DNA of 64,000 nt. It comes from Ramazzottius varieornatus. Lineage: Eukaryota > Animalia > Tardigrada. The stretch covers positions 775,481 through 839,480 of the forward strand of contig BDGG01000002.1 of the NCBI GenBank assembly GCA_001949185.1. The letters are read 5' to 3'. The position numbers were made by a program, and so were the translations under genes. Of the stretch, positions 24,343-37,337 are shown piece by piece (the stretch's first letter is position 1; each line of letters starts with the position of its first letter). The notes beneath the pieces are model-generated. The model saw only the letters and a list, made by a program, of their open reading frames with translations, was not told the origin of the DNA and made no database searches.

Positions 24343-27300
24343 CTAATAAATTAAGCCTTGTGCGCGACAATTACATGTGGCCTGACAGCCGGCTACAATC
24401 TGATCGTTGGTGTTTTGGCAAAAGGTGGGGTTGTTCGCGGGGACAAGACTGTCGCATGTGGGGTTGTCGAAGTTATTCTGGAATCTGCAGGCGTTATCTG
24501 GAAGCAACACAAACTCAGCTTGACCAGCGCTGGCAGAACTAAATATTCCAGTGCAGCATAGTGAGCACACACTTTGTGCTGGGATAATACGATCAGCGGA
24601 GCAATGCTGTACTTACTGCACAGGCCGTCTGGGCAGGTTGCGCTTCCTTGTCCACCACATTTCCCGCAAACGCCGCCATTGGCCGGAGTGCCAGGTGTGA
24701 ACAGCATCTTGCAGATATCAGCGTCAGTGCCACTAAACAGACGTCGGTTACCCCTGTAAAGACGCACATCACGTTTGAAATTGCTCCCTGCTGCGGAGAG
24801 GGACAAGGAGTAGAATGCTTACGCGGGGCCAAAGTTGCACACCAAAAAGTTTTGAGGCTGATTAGCTCCTACTGCAGGGTTGGCTGGGCACAATGCATGA
24901 AAACCACAGCCAACTTGCCATGTCTTTGCTGTTCAAGAAACAAGCAATACAAAGTCAGAATTAGCCTCACACAGGGCGACGACCGGGTTTTCTTGAGAGT
25001 ACTCACACCAAACGTTCTGCAAGCAAACAGCTTATTTTCGTAACCGTTCTTGGCGTGTTATTGTTCGATCGGTAAAGAAGCCGTGGGTACCTGTGTCCAG
25101 TGGCCGGTCTGGAGAGTAGGCGACGGTGTCGGGCACGCTTGGCCAACCGTGACAAATCTCTTTTCACTGTTCCAGTCATTGATCAAGTCACCCCATTGTG
25201 TATATCCTCTGCCGATATTTTGGCCAGAAGTACTGAAGGCTGTTCAAACACAACTTTGCATGGGAAGACTCACCACTTGAAACACGACTCAAGGCATGAT
25301 CGAGTAAAAGTTTTGGAAATACGTACTGCTTGTTGGTCGGTTAGGATCTTCGGGACCGTGCAAGTAAGAACAGCCGTCAGCCCACTGTTGCGCTACCTGT
25401 GCTGCTCTATCGTCCCAAACAAGCTTCAACATGTCGGCTGCCCCTTGGGCGCGACGCTCAGCATTGAGTAAATCCAAAATTTGCTGCTTGACGTTTGGAC
25501 ATGCAGGATTTAGAGAGTTTACACAATCGGGAGAGACGGGGTTGGTGGTAGTAGTAGTAGTAGTGGCAGGAGTTGAAACTGCAGTCGGAGCTGGGGTGAG
25601 AGGTTGGGTTGGCGCTGCGGTTGGAGGTTGGGTTGGAGTTTGGGTTGGAGGTTGGGTTGGCGCTGAAGTTGGGGTTGGAGCACGAGTTGTTGATACCGAA
25701 GTGGTGGCGGCTGGGTTTTGTGCAGTGGTCGTTGTGCCACTAACAGGTGTCGTTGCAGCGGTTGTTGCTCCTGTATTCACACTCGCCGTACCGGTCACAG
25801 TCACAGAGGTACTGGATCCTCCAGGTCTACTTGTTTCAGCCGTTGCGGTGCTGGTCTGAGTGAAGGCAGACGCGGTTGTAGCGGGGACTGAAGTCGGATT
25901 CTGAGTGTTGGTTCCCGCAGTAGACGCCACGGTCGTGGCTACACTGGAAGGAACTGTACTGACTACTGTCGAAACACGAGTTGTCGGCACTTGGATCGTG
26001 CTGGATACAGGGTTCAAGGTGTTTCCTTGAGCAATAGAAACTGCAACGGAAATGCTGCCCTTATATCAACTGACAGAACACATGGTACAGTGTAGGCAAA
26101 TAAGGTACTCTAAGAGGGGGCAAGGCCAAAATCGACGTGACGCAGAAAGCAAACAGCTGATCAAGCTGCAATCCAGAGACGTGAACTGCCGCTTGATCTG
26201 CTGAGCACTTCGAGCCGGAGTTTCTACGTCACTTTTCGAAAACTCGATTTTGGCCCTCCCCCTTTTAGAGTAACTTAATTGCCCACACTGTACAATGTAC
26301 GTAGAACGGCGGCTATCTTTCGTTCGTTCGCATCACGCACGTCCAGCTAGCAGTACAGTATCATCCACGTCAATTCGATTTTCTTCCCCACTTGGACACC
26401 CTGAGCACGAAGCGATCTCGTGCTTTCAGCATAGGAGATGGCAAACTTACTTTCGCCTCATTTTGACTGAGCGATTGGCTAAAATTTGGGAATATGATGT
26501 GCAGCGCGCCACCTACTACAGTCTGATTCAGCCAAGTTGACCCCTTGACCGTCTTCTTCCTTGGAAAACTTCGGTTTCTTTGATTCAGCTGATTTGTTCA
26601 TTCAACAAATTTGGCAAACATTGCTTATGTTTTAAACTAACTCGAAAGCTAATCAAGTGAAATCTGACTTTGGAATAAAATTCCAAAGTAAATGCACAAG
26701 AGTGTCCAAAACACTGGTTATAAACCGGGGCGTGCAAACTGAAACCGTAGTTCTATCAACTTCTGTACTATTATTAAATGTGTATGAGAGGTTGTTTTAT
26801 TTGGGTAAGTCAAAATAAAAAATATTGAATAAATCCCACGGGAAGAACTGGCCCAAAACTGCTGATTTTCGGTTTTCCCGGTATTTCTTCCCCTTTCGCA
26901 GAACGCGCCAACGCGAGCCTTCTTGTCGACGAAGTAGCGTATTTTTTCGTCAAGGAAAAACCCACGTTTGTGGTATCTGTTCCCTTAGAGTTGAGCAGTT
27001 CTGATGCCTCGGGGTTGCGGAGGAATTTGTCAAGTGAAGGGGTAAGAACGCATAAAAACAGTCTTCGCGCTGTGCAGTGATCAAAATTTTGAATGGACCA
27101 TATTTTTCGGTTTACCAGTTTTCCAGCAACGCTTGCAGGAAACAGATAGTCTAAAAGTTTGGCTATTTTTGAACATGAAGATCACTTGATGAAACTTCTT
27201 TTGTCTTGAGAGAACGCCGAAAAATCTTCCCAGAAGTTTTTAGGCCAGCGCAACGTTCTCGATGATACGTCCCTATAACGATTTCTCAGAGCTCTGAAAG

Positions 27301-28088
27301 ATATGGTGTTAGACAGATCAATGTTTTATCAATCTTTTGACACCCTGTTATTCAAATGAATTGTGGAGGACAAATTGTCGATTAAATTTTTGCAAGAGGG
27401 AAGCCNCGCNNNNNNNNNNNNNNNNNNNNNNNNNNNNNNNNNNNNNNNNNNNNNNNNNNCCCTCTAGCAAAAAATTAATCGACAATTTAGGGTCCGACCA
27501 CCTTTTTAGCCTACCAAGGCTTCGTTCTGGCCCAAACAAAAATTTCAAAAGCGCTTTCCAGGATTGAGAATAAGCTTTTTCGGTACCAAATTGAATGTAT
27601 TATGTTTGAACACAATGCTGACCTTGTTTGAGATGTTTTCGAGTAGTGAGAACTGTTCTACTATACGAAACAGTGTCAACTTGGCTGACGTGAGTCACAC
27701 TGTAGCTACAAAAATGTCGGGCTGTCTGTGCGGCTAAGGCATGACTACCCACTCAAAATTTCGAATTTTGCATTGTCATGTTCCTGATAAACTTACTGTA
27801 ACAGCAAAAACTTCCTTGAACCTGCGAACAGGCACTAGCGGCAACGCTGACTTCGAGACCGCTGCAGATGGCATCCAAATTGGTAACGTCCGAACAGAAT
27901 CCCGCAATGCGTAAATTAGGAAAGGCATCGGGTCGGCAGCCAATGTAGGGAAGGGACAAAGCTCGTATGAAATCTTCCCGTGCACTTATCCGTACTTCCG
28001 GTGCCATGAAACTGTCATCCAACGAGGCTCCATGGACGTAGGAAGGACTGCCGCAAGCCAGTCCCAATAAGATCACGGCCGACAGCAT
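24343..28088 (-). CDS. CAP/SCP (CRISP-like) secreted protein, paralog A: signal, 6-Cys module, Thr/Pro stalk, CAP domain, Cys hinge, ShK-like tail. Exons include 28088-27797, 26040-25327, 25239-25091, 25016-25007 and three further 3' exons
   Basis: ILDLLNAERR...ADMLKLVWD...AQQWADGC, GQNI, INDWNSE, GHWTQ|NVW|SKTWQVGCG, LVCNFGP, GN, CGKCGG...CPDGLC, CQATCNC; in-phase GT-AG junctions. Confidence 0.88.
26088..26290. mobile_element. Tc1/mariner-type MITE in intron 1 of CAP paralog A
   Basis: TA|cagtgtaggcaaataaggtactctaag...cttttagagtaacttaattgcccacactg|TA. Confidence 0.8.
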
Positions 28089-29004
28089 CGTGCAGTACAA
28101 GCTGTCGAAATGAACATCTAGCGAACGAACGAGCTTCGATCAGAACAGTGTTCTTCCGGTACTTGAATATGCTCTCGAGACGACCATCTTATATGTGTAC
28201 GGAAAAAAAAGAATTACATAGTGCGTCCAGCAGGCGTTCGCAGCGATGGCTGTCTCGTATTCGGTTCTCTCTGTAGCCTGAGCGATTGCTTGTTTGTTGA
28301 TCCCGTCTGCAAGTTACGCTCGTCAATCAATGCGGTATAAATCAGATGTCAGGTCCGTTCTGCATGTGCTTCGCGTTCTCTGAACTTATAACTGAAATTG
28401 TAATTCACCTCTGCAGTACCAATTATGGCCTGAAACGCCCTCCAGTTTTTTGCTGAGTTTGTTCACATGAGCACTGCTTACTACGCGGTTCCAAACCACT
28501 GCGACCAAGTTACTTTGATCAGCGACCGAACTCAACCGAAATTCGCCCTGGAAAAAGAGTGAGTCCAGAAACCGGCGACTTTATTCCTCGGTCGACTGCA
28601 GTTCTGACTGAAATTAAAAATCAACGTTATTATAATTTCAGTCAGTTATTTGCTGTACTATGTTCCCTCCAAGGTTTCGAGCAGTTATGTGACAGCCCAA
28701 TATATTTCACCCAGGGCCTCATATCACTGATTGTCTGATTGTGGCACATTGCTGCATTTGATTGGCCAGGGATCTTTAACTGAAGGCACTGAAGCTTTTT
28801 ACGCGCGCCACACAATATTTACTAGCCTGTCACGTGACTGCCGGAACCTTCGAGAGAATACAGTACGCTGCACATTTTCTGCAGGTCTAAGTCGAACTCT
28901 TCTGTGCTTAACGGTCATTGAAAATCGAAGATGCAAAAAACGTAGCAGACCAGCCAACTGCGTTTTCTTGTTACTGGATTCAGACTCATTCAGTATAGGG
29001 TGGC

Positions 29005-31607
29005 TTAATAAATCAAGTTATCAAGGCAATTGCACGATGCTTTACACGACTGGGAACTGACATCTTGACCACATCTTCCACCTCTTGCTCTGACAAATCT
29101 GTCGCACAGGTCGTTGTTGTTGATGATGTTGGCGAATCTGCATGGGTTAGCTGAAAGAACACAAGAGCATGACTGGTGACTGCCGATAGCTATGATGGCA
29201 CAATTTATCTGTACATACTGCACAAGCCATTGTCGCAGCTTCCAGGACATTTACCACACACTCCTCCATTCGCGGCAGTTCCTGGAAGATAGGCGTTTAC
29301 GCAGAGCTGCGCTCTATTGTTACCGGGTGAGTTGTTACCCCTGGAAAGATGTGTGATAAAGCGCGATGACGATGGAAATGCTTCAGCGTAATGTACTCAT
29401 GCAAATTAGTTCGCGTGCTGACAAGTTACCCCGGTCCAAAATTGCAGACGTATTGCGGCCCGCTTTCCGGGCATGGGGAAAACGCGCATCCGATTTGGAA
29501 GGTGGTTGCTGTGCGTAGAAAATGATTCAGTTCATGTATTGCGTACATCGAGGGCATCACTACCTACCCCAAACGTCCTAGAACAATCATTATTCAATGA
29601 CGGCTTAAAATCACAGATGTCTACTGGTGAAGAAGAAAGCGCTGTTTTTCTTACTTGTAAGAAGTGACCAAAGGCTCTTAAGGGGTCCAGTACAGCGGGA
29701 CATCTCTCGCCCACTGTCACCGTATCTCCCTCCGCATTCCAATCATCCAAAACGGACTTCCAGTCTCCTTGTCCGGCAGCTGTGTTTTGACCGTTCTGAC
29801 CTACGTCACCGGGGACTTTGAAGGCTGCAACCAACACACTAGGATTGTAGGTTCCATTTGATCGTTGATAGTCCCAAATCAAAGCGTTCCATTTCAGCGG
29901 CGTAGACCGGGTGCTGATACCGTCATTTGGTTCATTGTCTGCAAGCCTTCGTTTTTCGGTCTGCAAACGCATAACCAGCACCCAGTCGCGCTGATCACGC
30001 AGTATAAGTTCTGTTCTGTCACTTGCCATTTCATTGACGGATCGAAAGAGAACTGCACGAGTCAGGTCAAGCCTTGCTAAACAACCATACTTACTAGACG
30101 TCGAGAACAAAAAGTCGTGGTTTGCTCCTCGACATTTATTGGCCCATACTTGAGCGGCCCGCGCCGTCACGTCGTCCCATTCCAGTCGGAGCATGTTGGC
30201 AGCATTTCGGGATCGTCGAAAGTTGTTGAGAGTATCCACTATGAAAGTGCGGACGTTCGGGCACGCTATTGGATCTCGGGAGCCAGCGCAGTCTGCTGAT
30301 ACACCACCACCTCCCACTGGCGGCGTAGTAATCGGTGCCGCTGTCGGTGGAGCAGTGGGTGCTGCCGTTGGTGGGTTAATTCTGACTGTGGTGGTGGCTG
30401 TCGGGGTCGGCTGTGTAGTGGGCGCCGCTGTCGGTGGATTAGTTCTAACTGTGGTGGTGGTTGTTGTGGTCGGCTGTGTAGTGGGCGCCGCTGTCGGTGG
30501 ATTAGTTCTAACTGTGGTGGTGGTTGTTGTGGTCGACTGTGTAGTGGGCGCCGCTGTCGGTGGAGCACTGGGTGGGTTAGTTCTAACTGTGGTCGTCTGT
30601 GTAGTGGGCGCTGCTGTTACTGTTGTCGTGCTTGTAGGACGTGTCGTGGTAGTTACGGTACTAGGGGTAGCTGGTAAGATGGATGGAACAGTTGTCGGTC
30701 TGGTGGTCGATGTTGTAGTGGTCGGGGCTGCTGTGGACGGTGAGGCGGTGCTGGCCGCAGATGTGGTCCTTCGAGGAGTGGTTGCGGGAGCGGCAGTGGG
30801 TACCGAGGTGGTAGTGGTGGTAGAAGTGGAGAGCGGAAATCCGGTTGGCTGGGCGGTCGGTTGAGTGGTCGATGCTGAGGTGACAGCTGAAGTTGAAGTG
30901 GATGGCGGAGTTGTTGATGAAACCGGGGTAGAAGCGGCGGTCGAAGTACTCATGGTAGGTGTATTTGGCTGAGTGGAAGCTGTGGGTGTTCCAGTCGATG
31001 TCGAGGTCGAAGATTGGCTGGGTGTGGTGGGAGAAGTGCCCGTGGAGGGCAATGGAGTGCTTGCTGTCGCAGGATTCAGAGTATTGCCCTGGGCCAACGA
31101 GACTGTAAGAAAAACGAGCTGATTAACTTACAGCACAACGAGACTGGAGAACGCACCGTTCGCTTGCATTGACTGCTTGCAATTACGCGATCGAGAATAA
31201 TAATAGAACAGACCGGGAACGGACCTTTGTCGGAATAATTACGTCATAGAAAAACTGATTAAGGGCTTACTGTAACAGCAGTACGGCCCATCGAGAAAGG
31301 CGCAGGCGGAGGACACGCTGACTTCGAGGTCGGTGCACAGTAGATCCAGATTTTGGACATCGGAACAAAAGCCCTGGACTTGGAGGGCAGGGAAAGCATC
31401 GGGCTTGCATCCAACGAAGGGCGCATTTAGGGCCCTGACCATGGACTCTCGCAGGGAGATCCGGTGAAGCAAACGCTCCTCAAACTCTCCTCGAGCTGTA
31501 CTATGGACCCCACGAAGACAACCAACTGCAAGGAGTAATGAGGTACACAGAAGCCACAGAGATCGGCTTCTAGCTTGATTGGATGATTGTAGCCTTGACC
31601 GCGCCAT
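29005..31607 (-). CDS. CAP/SCP (CRISP-like) secreted protein, paralog B. Exons include 31607-31271, 31102-30095, 29824-29655, 29577-29568 and three further 3' exons
   Basis: Same architecture as A: LNNFRR...ANMLRLEWD...AQVWANKC, GQN, LDDWNAE, GHFLQ|DVW|ATTFQIGCA, YVCNFGPG, CGKCPGSCDNGLC, CKASCNC. Confidence 0.88.
30350..30612 (-). repeat. 63-bp coding minisatellite (TVRTNPPTAAPTTQPTTTTTT-like) in the stalk of paralog B
   Basis: gtgggcgccgctgtcggtgg recurs at 30418, 30481 and 30544, with degenerate flanking copies. Confidence 0.85.
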
Positions 31608-32183
31608 TATTCGAATCTCTACTTGGAAGGCTATCCAGCTCGAGTGTTCATCCAACTGCTACAAAACAAAGCTAAACAAACCCCTTCAAGACTACAAGTT
31701 TGCCGTGTACATTTTGCAACCGACAACGATCAACCTTGCGTAGTTCGAAATTGATCGTGAATTCGTGATTCCGCTGTCTGTTTCTTTTGTCAGTTTTGTC
31801 GTCGGCTGCTCGTTGGCCATGCATTGGCCTCGAACTGCGTTCTTTCGGACTCGTGACAGGACCGAAAGAACGCCTGTCATGCGCCGCATATTTGACTGAA
31901 GCCTTCGTTTTTCGGTTTGATCGTACCGCCGTTACGTCCGCAAGCCACGCCACTAAACCGTGCACACAGCGAAAATAAGGAGGAAGTTTCGGTAGCGAAC
32001 AGACCACCTTGACCATCAGCACGGCTTATCGACGGAGGCTGCGTGAGGCGCAGTAGCAGGCAATCAACGATCGGTCACTTTCAGGTAGCGGGACGCTTGG
32101 ACCTTGAAGAAAATTTGGCTACAAAGCCGAGACGCTAAAATTCACAAATCGGTTCGGAAACACTCAGTTTGACGTGAAAGATA

Positions 32184-32286
32184 CTGTCAGCAGATCCTCT
32201 CTTCGGACACGCTACCATTCTCACATTTTAGTTACGTAAAAAGATGTGAGAATGGTAGCGTGCGCGAAGAGATAATCTGCTGACAG
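32184..32286. repeat. Hairpin / MITE
   Basis: ctgtcagcagat..tctcttcg..cacgctaccattctcacat ... atgtgagaatggtagcgtg..cgaagaga..atctgctgacag. Confidence 0.7.
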
Positions 32287-32676
32287 CTTCTTGCAAGGCG
32301 ATTAAATGATTCCGAATCGATCTGTGAATGGTTGAACAATAGAAGTCTTTCTTCTTTTATTGCTGCCATCGTATTCTTTCGAGTTAAACGAGTGACTATG
32401 ATCATCTCGAACTTGACAGACGGACAAAACAAGGTCAGCTGCTGTCAGACCACGCACTTTATCCACTTATTCGGCCATTCTAATCATCTGTCATGCGTTG
32501 ACAGGTCCAGAATTACTGTAATGAAACTGTAGTCTCGATGATTAGACGGCTGATCGGGCAGTGCGTTCTTTTCAAAACATCATACCCAAGTTTTCAAAGT
32601 GTAATGATCGTTGATATTCTTGTTCGAACTAAAGCATTGTAATCCTCGTGGATGCCATTGAGCCACTTATTACAGA

Positions 32677-34695
32677 TCAAAACAGCAGGCCTCGGTCGCG
32701 GCAATTGCAGGTGGCAGCGCAATTCTGGACAAATGGCGCGCTGGGATTCTGGCAGGTTTGAGAGTTTGTAATCAGGCTATTGCAGTTGGTGAAGTCATTC
32801 AGGAATGGACAAGGATTGGCTGCAGAATGAGCAAAAATTCCGTTTTCCGGTGTGGAAGCAAAGTCGGACTGATCATGACACTGAGACTTACTGCACAGTC
32901 CGTTGTCACAGTTGGCGCTGTTTACGCCGCCACATCGGCCACAAACTCCGCCGTTTTGTGAGGTTCCTGGGGTGAATGGTGCCACGCAAGGATTTCCGAT
33001 ATTTCCTCTGCAAAACACCGCATAGACTATTTGGTCAAAGTCTGGCCTGTCCTTACTGATTTGGCCATACGCTGTACCGAAGTTGCAGACAAAGTTTCTC
33101 GTTGATCCACACTGGGCGAAGCCACATCCAATTTGAAACGATTTGGCTAAGAAGCAAAAGACTCAATCCTGTCGCTAGAGCTTTGTGAACAGACCCCACC
33201 AGCTACTTACCCCAAATGACCTAAAAAATGGATGACACTTTCATTTTCACATTGATTTCACCCATTATTCGTTTGTTTCGCAAATTTCTCGGAATGGAAA
33301 AGAATACCTGTGTGAAATGGCCGGTGGCATGGTTGGTCGGGCAAGGTGAACCAATCGTGACGAACTGCCCTTCCGAATTCCATCCACCTGTTTGGAAGAA
33401 GAATCAAATTTCCGTACGCGCAACCACATCTGGCTGTACGAACCGGGTCCGTTGATAACATCATCCCAGGTGGTAAAGAAGCTTCCACCCCCCACTGGCA
33501 ATATTTTGACCAGAGTTTTTGAAGGCTATAAATGTAGAAGGAAACTACAAAGCATTAGATCGTGGGTTGGAGAAGGACAATGTGGCCTACTGCTGGTAGT
33601 TTGACCGCCGGTCACTGCTGGAACCAGCAGCCCTCAGCCCATGCTTGAGCAGCATGTGCCGCCACGGTGTCCCAAACCATCTGCAGTATGTCTGCGGAGC
33701 CTTGTTGCCGTCGAACAGTGTTCATGGCGTTCAAGATAACCTGTTGGGTGTTTGGACACGATGTGTTCAACTGAGAGACGCATTGCGGTGATATCGGGGT
33801 TGTGGTTGTGATTCCGGGAGTGGTAGTCACTCGGGCAGTTGTGGTTGTTGTTGTAGTGGGCCTGGATGTCGGGGTCGGCGTCGTGGTGGGCGTTGTGGTA
33901 GTGATGGTAATAATAGTAGTGGTGGTGGTGGTAATCGGAGTGGTAGTAGTCGGGTGTTCGAACTGCGCGTCGTCGGTGGGGGCAACGTGGTGGTAGTTGT
34001 TGGCCGTGGTGTGGATTGTTGGATTGTGGTCGCCAGCTTAGTAGTAGAGGTAGTTGTCGGTCGAGAAGTTGAAGCAGTGTTCGTCGACGACATCGTCGAC
34101 TGGCTCATCGTTACCGGCGCCCGGCTTGTCTGACTCGGTGTGGGCACCGAGGGATGAGAGCAGGCTGTGGTCGGTGGGTTGGTTGAAGGCGCGACTTGAG
34201 TACTGGTGACTCGTGACGGAGCGCCGGTCGTCGTTACCGTCAAGCTGTTGCCTTGCGCGAGCGAAACTGAAATTAAACAAAGCACAACTGACTACATCGA
34301 AGACAAGGAGGAGACCCAGTGGGGAGACCACAAGGGGTATTGAACTTACTGTAGCAGCAGAAGTTGCCCTCAAGTTGCGCGCAGCCACTACCGGCAGAAC
34401 TGATCTCCAGATCGTCACAAAGAAAGTTGAGATTGGCAGTATCGGAGCAGAAGCCTGCGATGAGCAGGTTGGGGAAAACTTCGGGCCTGCACCTTATCAG
34501 AGGTACTTGCATAGACGTAACCACTATCTGTCGCTCGTTCATCCGGTTCTCCGGGGCGGTTCGGACTTCTTTGTTCCCTGCCACACGCATCCGATTGGAA
34601 AAGCGATGTGTTTGGCTGTGGCCAACATCAGCGAAACAAAGGATTAACAGGGCCAACTCGAGGGCTAAAAAATGATGTAAGTGACTGGCCATCAT
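32677..34695 (-). pseudogene. CAP/SCP (CRISP-like) paralog C, with two apparent frameshifts in exon 2 (pseudogene or sequence error)
   Basis: Full architecture as in A and B (GHFTQ|VIW|AKSFQIGCG, FVCNFG, CAATCNC), but the frame changes near 33965 and near 33614 (FQQ*) and the shifts do not compensate. Confidence 0.75.
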
Positions 34696-34994
34696 AACCC
34701 AACGATGAAAAATGGAAACTTTGAAATAAGAATAATGTTAGGACGCTCAAAAACTGCGGAACAATGTGCGCAGAACGCCGTCTGTATTTCTCAAGACGTG
34801 AAACGCAGCGAGCAATTTGCTGCACAGTATTTCAAGATCGCACATAATTGTAATCAAAGAGCTCGAAGTCGTCGGATGTTGGTCCATAAAACTGAGCGAG
34901 AATCTTCTGAACTTTGGTTCAGTGACAGGTGCACAGTGTTTCGTCAGCGAAGAATCACTTGGTACCAATTAGCGTTTATGTTTACTCTTAAGGG

Positions 34995-35361
34995 CAGGCG
35001 CGTCCCATAGGCATATTTTTGTCGTAAAAGTTGGAAAAATAAAAAATGTTCCGAACCTTGGACCTGACGTCGCGGCTCGAGTTGTCGGCTCGGTCGCTAC
35101 GAATGGTTCGCGTCGGTACCTGTATAAAACTCGCCGAAGAGGTTCTCACTCGAAAATCGTGTGGTCTCAATCCACCTGCGACAGGTTTGCTCCTTGGTGT
35201 TTTTGAGTAAGAACTTCTTCGGAGCGTTTCATGCAGGTACCGGGACGAACCTTTTGTACCGACCGAGCCGAGGGCTCGAGCCATGACGTCAGGTTCAAAG
35301 TTCGAAATTTTTTTTATTAGGCCAACGTTTACGACAAAACTATGCCTATGGGACACGCCTG
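34995..35361. mobile_element. hAT-like non-autonomous element, copy 1
   Basis: caggcgcgtcccataggcata...tatgcctatgggacacgcctg; degenerate 8-bp flanks cttaaggg / cttagcgg; second copy at 63443. Confidence 0.75.
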
Positions 35362-36555
35362 CTTAGCGGTGAAAGATATCTGCATAAATACAAATAAAAG
35401 AAGGACGCCCGCAGCGCAATTCTCATAGGGCATTAATAAGAACAATGGGTGGAAGATCAGAGCATTCAGCATATCGATCTGGCCTGCCGCTATAGCCGCC
35501 AACAAGAAGCTATGGATGTACTTGGTAATATCCGAGTACGTCTGCCCTCGTCCTCGTAAAGCACAGCCAGGTCCGAAAGAGAAGACACCGCCGAGAGTTG
35601 CGATCGTAACAGAATAAGGGACTCACTCTGTCGTTGTTGGAATGTGATGTTGGAATTTAGGTACCAGCCCACGAAAATTAAAAAGATTTACGGAAAGAAA
35701 TCTGGGTATAGCGGAGGACGTACAGTGATACCTTCTTCCGTCTTCCCCCTATCGCCTAGCTTTTCCTTCATACTGCTGTTTGTTGTGTTGTTTATCGAGC
35801 AATGAATGCGTGACGGGAAATGAATTTGCTTTCTTTCGCGTGTTAAATCAAATAAATTTCTCTCCCACCCAGCCACACTCTTGTTTTGGCAGCGGAGTTT
35901 TATTTGGCTGTAAAGTGAGGTTGTGGAAGAGGTAAGACTCTCCCAACTTGATTATGTACTCGAATAAACGTTCCCTCCGCTCGCTTTAGTCGCGCTCGCT
36001 CGCCTTTTTCAGTAGTAAGGACCACTTGCTAGTTTTAGTAGTATTTGGGAACTGGTGAACAGAGCCAAGTGCGTCAAGTCCCAACAAAATTTAGCCATCG
36101 ACACCACCGGCACGCATTCCGGGCACTCTGAGCTTCGTTGCTATAGATCCGACGGCAAGCCAGCATAGATTTCAAAGTCGTTTTCAGGACACGTTCCATA
36201 AAACGAAACACCTTTCTTCTCCCTGCAGTCTGGATTGTGAGAGAACCTAACTTAGTTCCCGCATGTCAATGTGAAATCGCGTGGCGAAGTTTTCATCAGT
36301 AGAAACAGAGAATGAGTAGGCGCTGTACCTATTATCTCTGTTTCTGTTGATGACAACTTCGCCATGCGATTTTACATTGACAACTCCGATATTTTCTCGT
36401 GATTAACAAACACTTCGTATTTATTGTCATCTGTCTGGATATTTTTCCACTTGGAATGTTTTGAAATCCACCCATAAAGGCTTGATGCTTCGGCAAACTC
36501 CTGATCGCCAGGGGAGTAGAATACAAGTTTAGCCGCATAGAGTGACAACTGTCAA

Positions 36556-37092
36556 CACTCAGCGTACGACCGTCCTCTTTGTGTATACCATCACCTCTCA
36601 GTTTTTGCTTTTATTCACCTCTCAGTTTTAGCTTTTGGTCTTTCGGGTCTGGGTCTTTTTGTTTGCATGTATCTCGGTCTTCTCACCAAAGCAACACTAA
36701 TGACCAGCGGTCAGCAAAACCCTACCACGCTGGAAATTTTTTTTACGGTTTCGGGTGGTTTTGGTGAAATTTGGTGTTTCGTCTCTTCCCGCGAGACACG
36801 TGCACGGTATTCGCTTAGAGAAAAACTGGAGCACTGAGGATAGCTTATCTATCGAAGCCGAGCCTGGGATAAATTGTGTAGTCATCAGTGCGGTCAGAAG
36901 AAAATCAAGACGACCAGTTCTCCCTTTTGAGATTTGGCGTTCACGGCCTGCCAATTACCCGAATTTTGAAATTTGGAAAATTACCGATTGGTTGGACCAG
37001 CCTCCGCAACATGGTACCAACCAATAAAGTTCATGTATACATAAAGAGGTCGGTAGTATTCTGGAAACATGAAAACGATCGTGCTGAAAGTG
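36556..37092 (+). mobile_element. piggyBac-like non-autonomous element, copy 1
   Basis: cactcagcgtacgaccgt...acgatcgtgctgaaagtg|TTAA; homologous to 55253-55780 (inverted) and 61045-61380. Confidence 0.7.
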
Positions 37093-37337
37093 TTAAGGTG
37101 TGGTGCTAAAACACGGTAAGTCCGCCACTTCTCTTTGTTTTTACCTCAGAACATTGAAGCCCGAGGGATTTACAGTTACAGGGCAAAGTTTCACGCAGCT
37201 AGAGCCGTCAACTGGCATTTTAAATTTACGGTCTCCGTTGGGAGTTGTCAGAGTAAGTTTTCTCTGCTGTGGATCTCTTGGGTTTCACCAGTCCTCGCGT
37301 AGCCTTTATTTCTGGACATACGGAGAACCAACGAAAC

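Noticed and set aside
25431-30864. Val/Gly-rich plus-strand ORFs (25431-25859, 30193-30864)
   Set aside because: Antisense shadows of the Thr/Pro stalk codons
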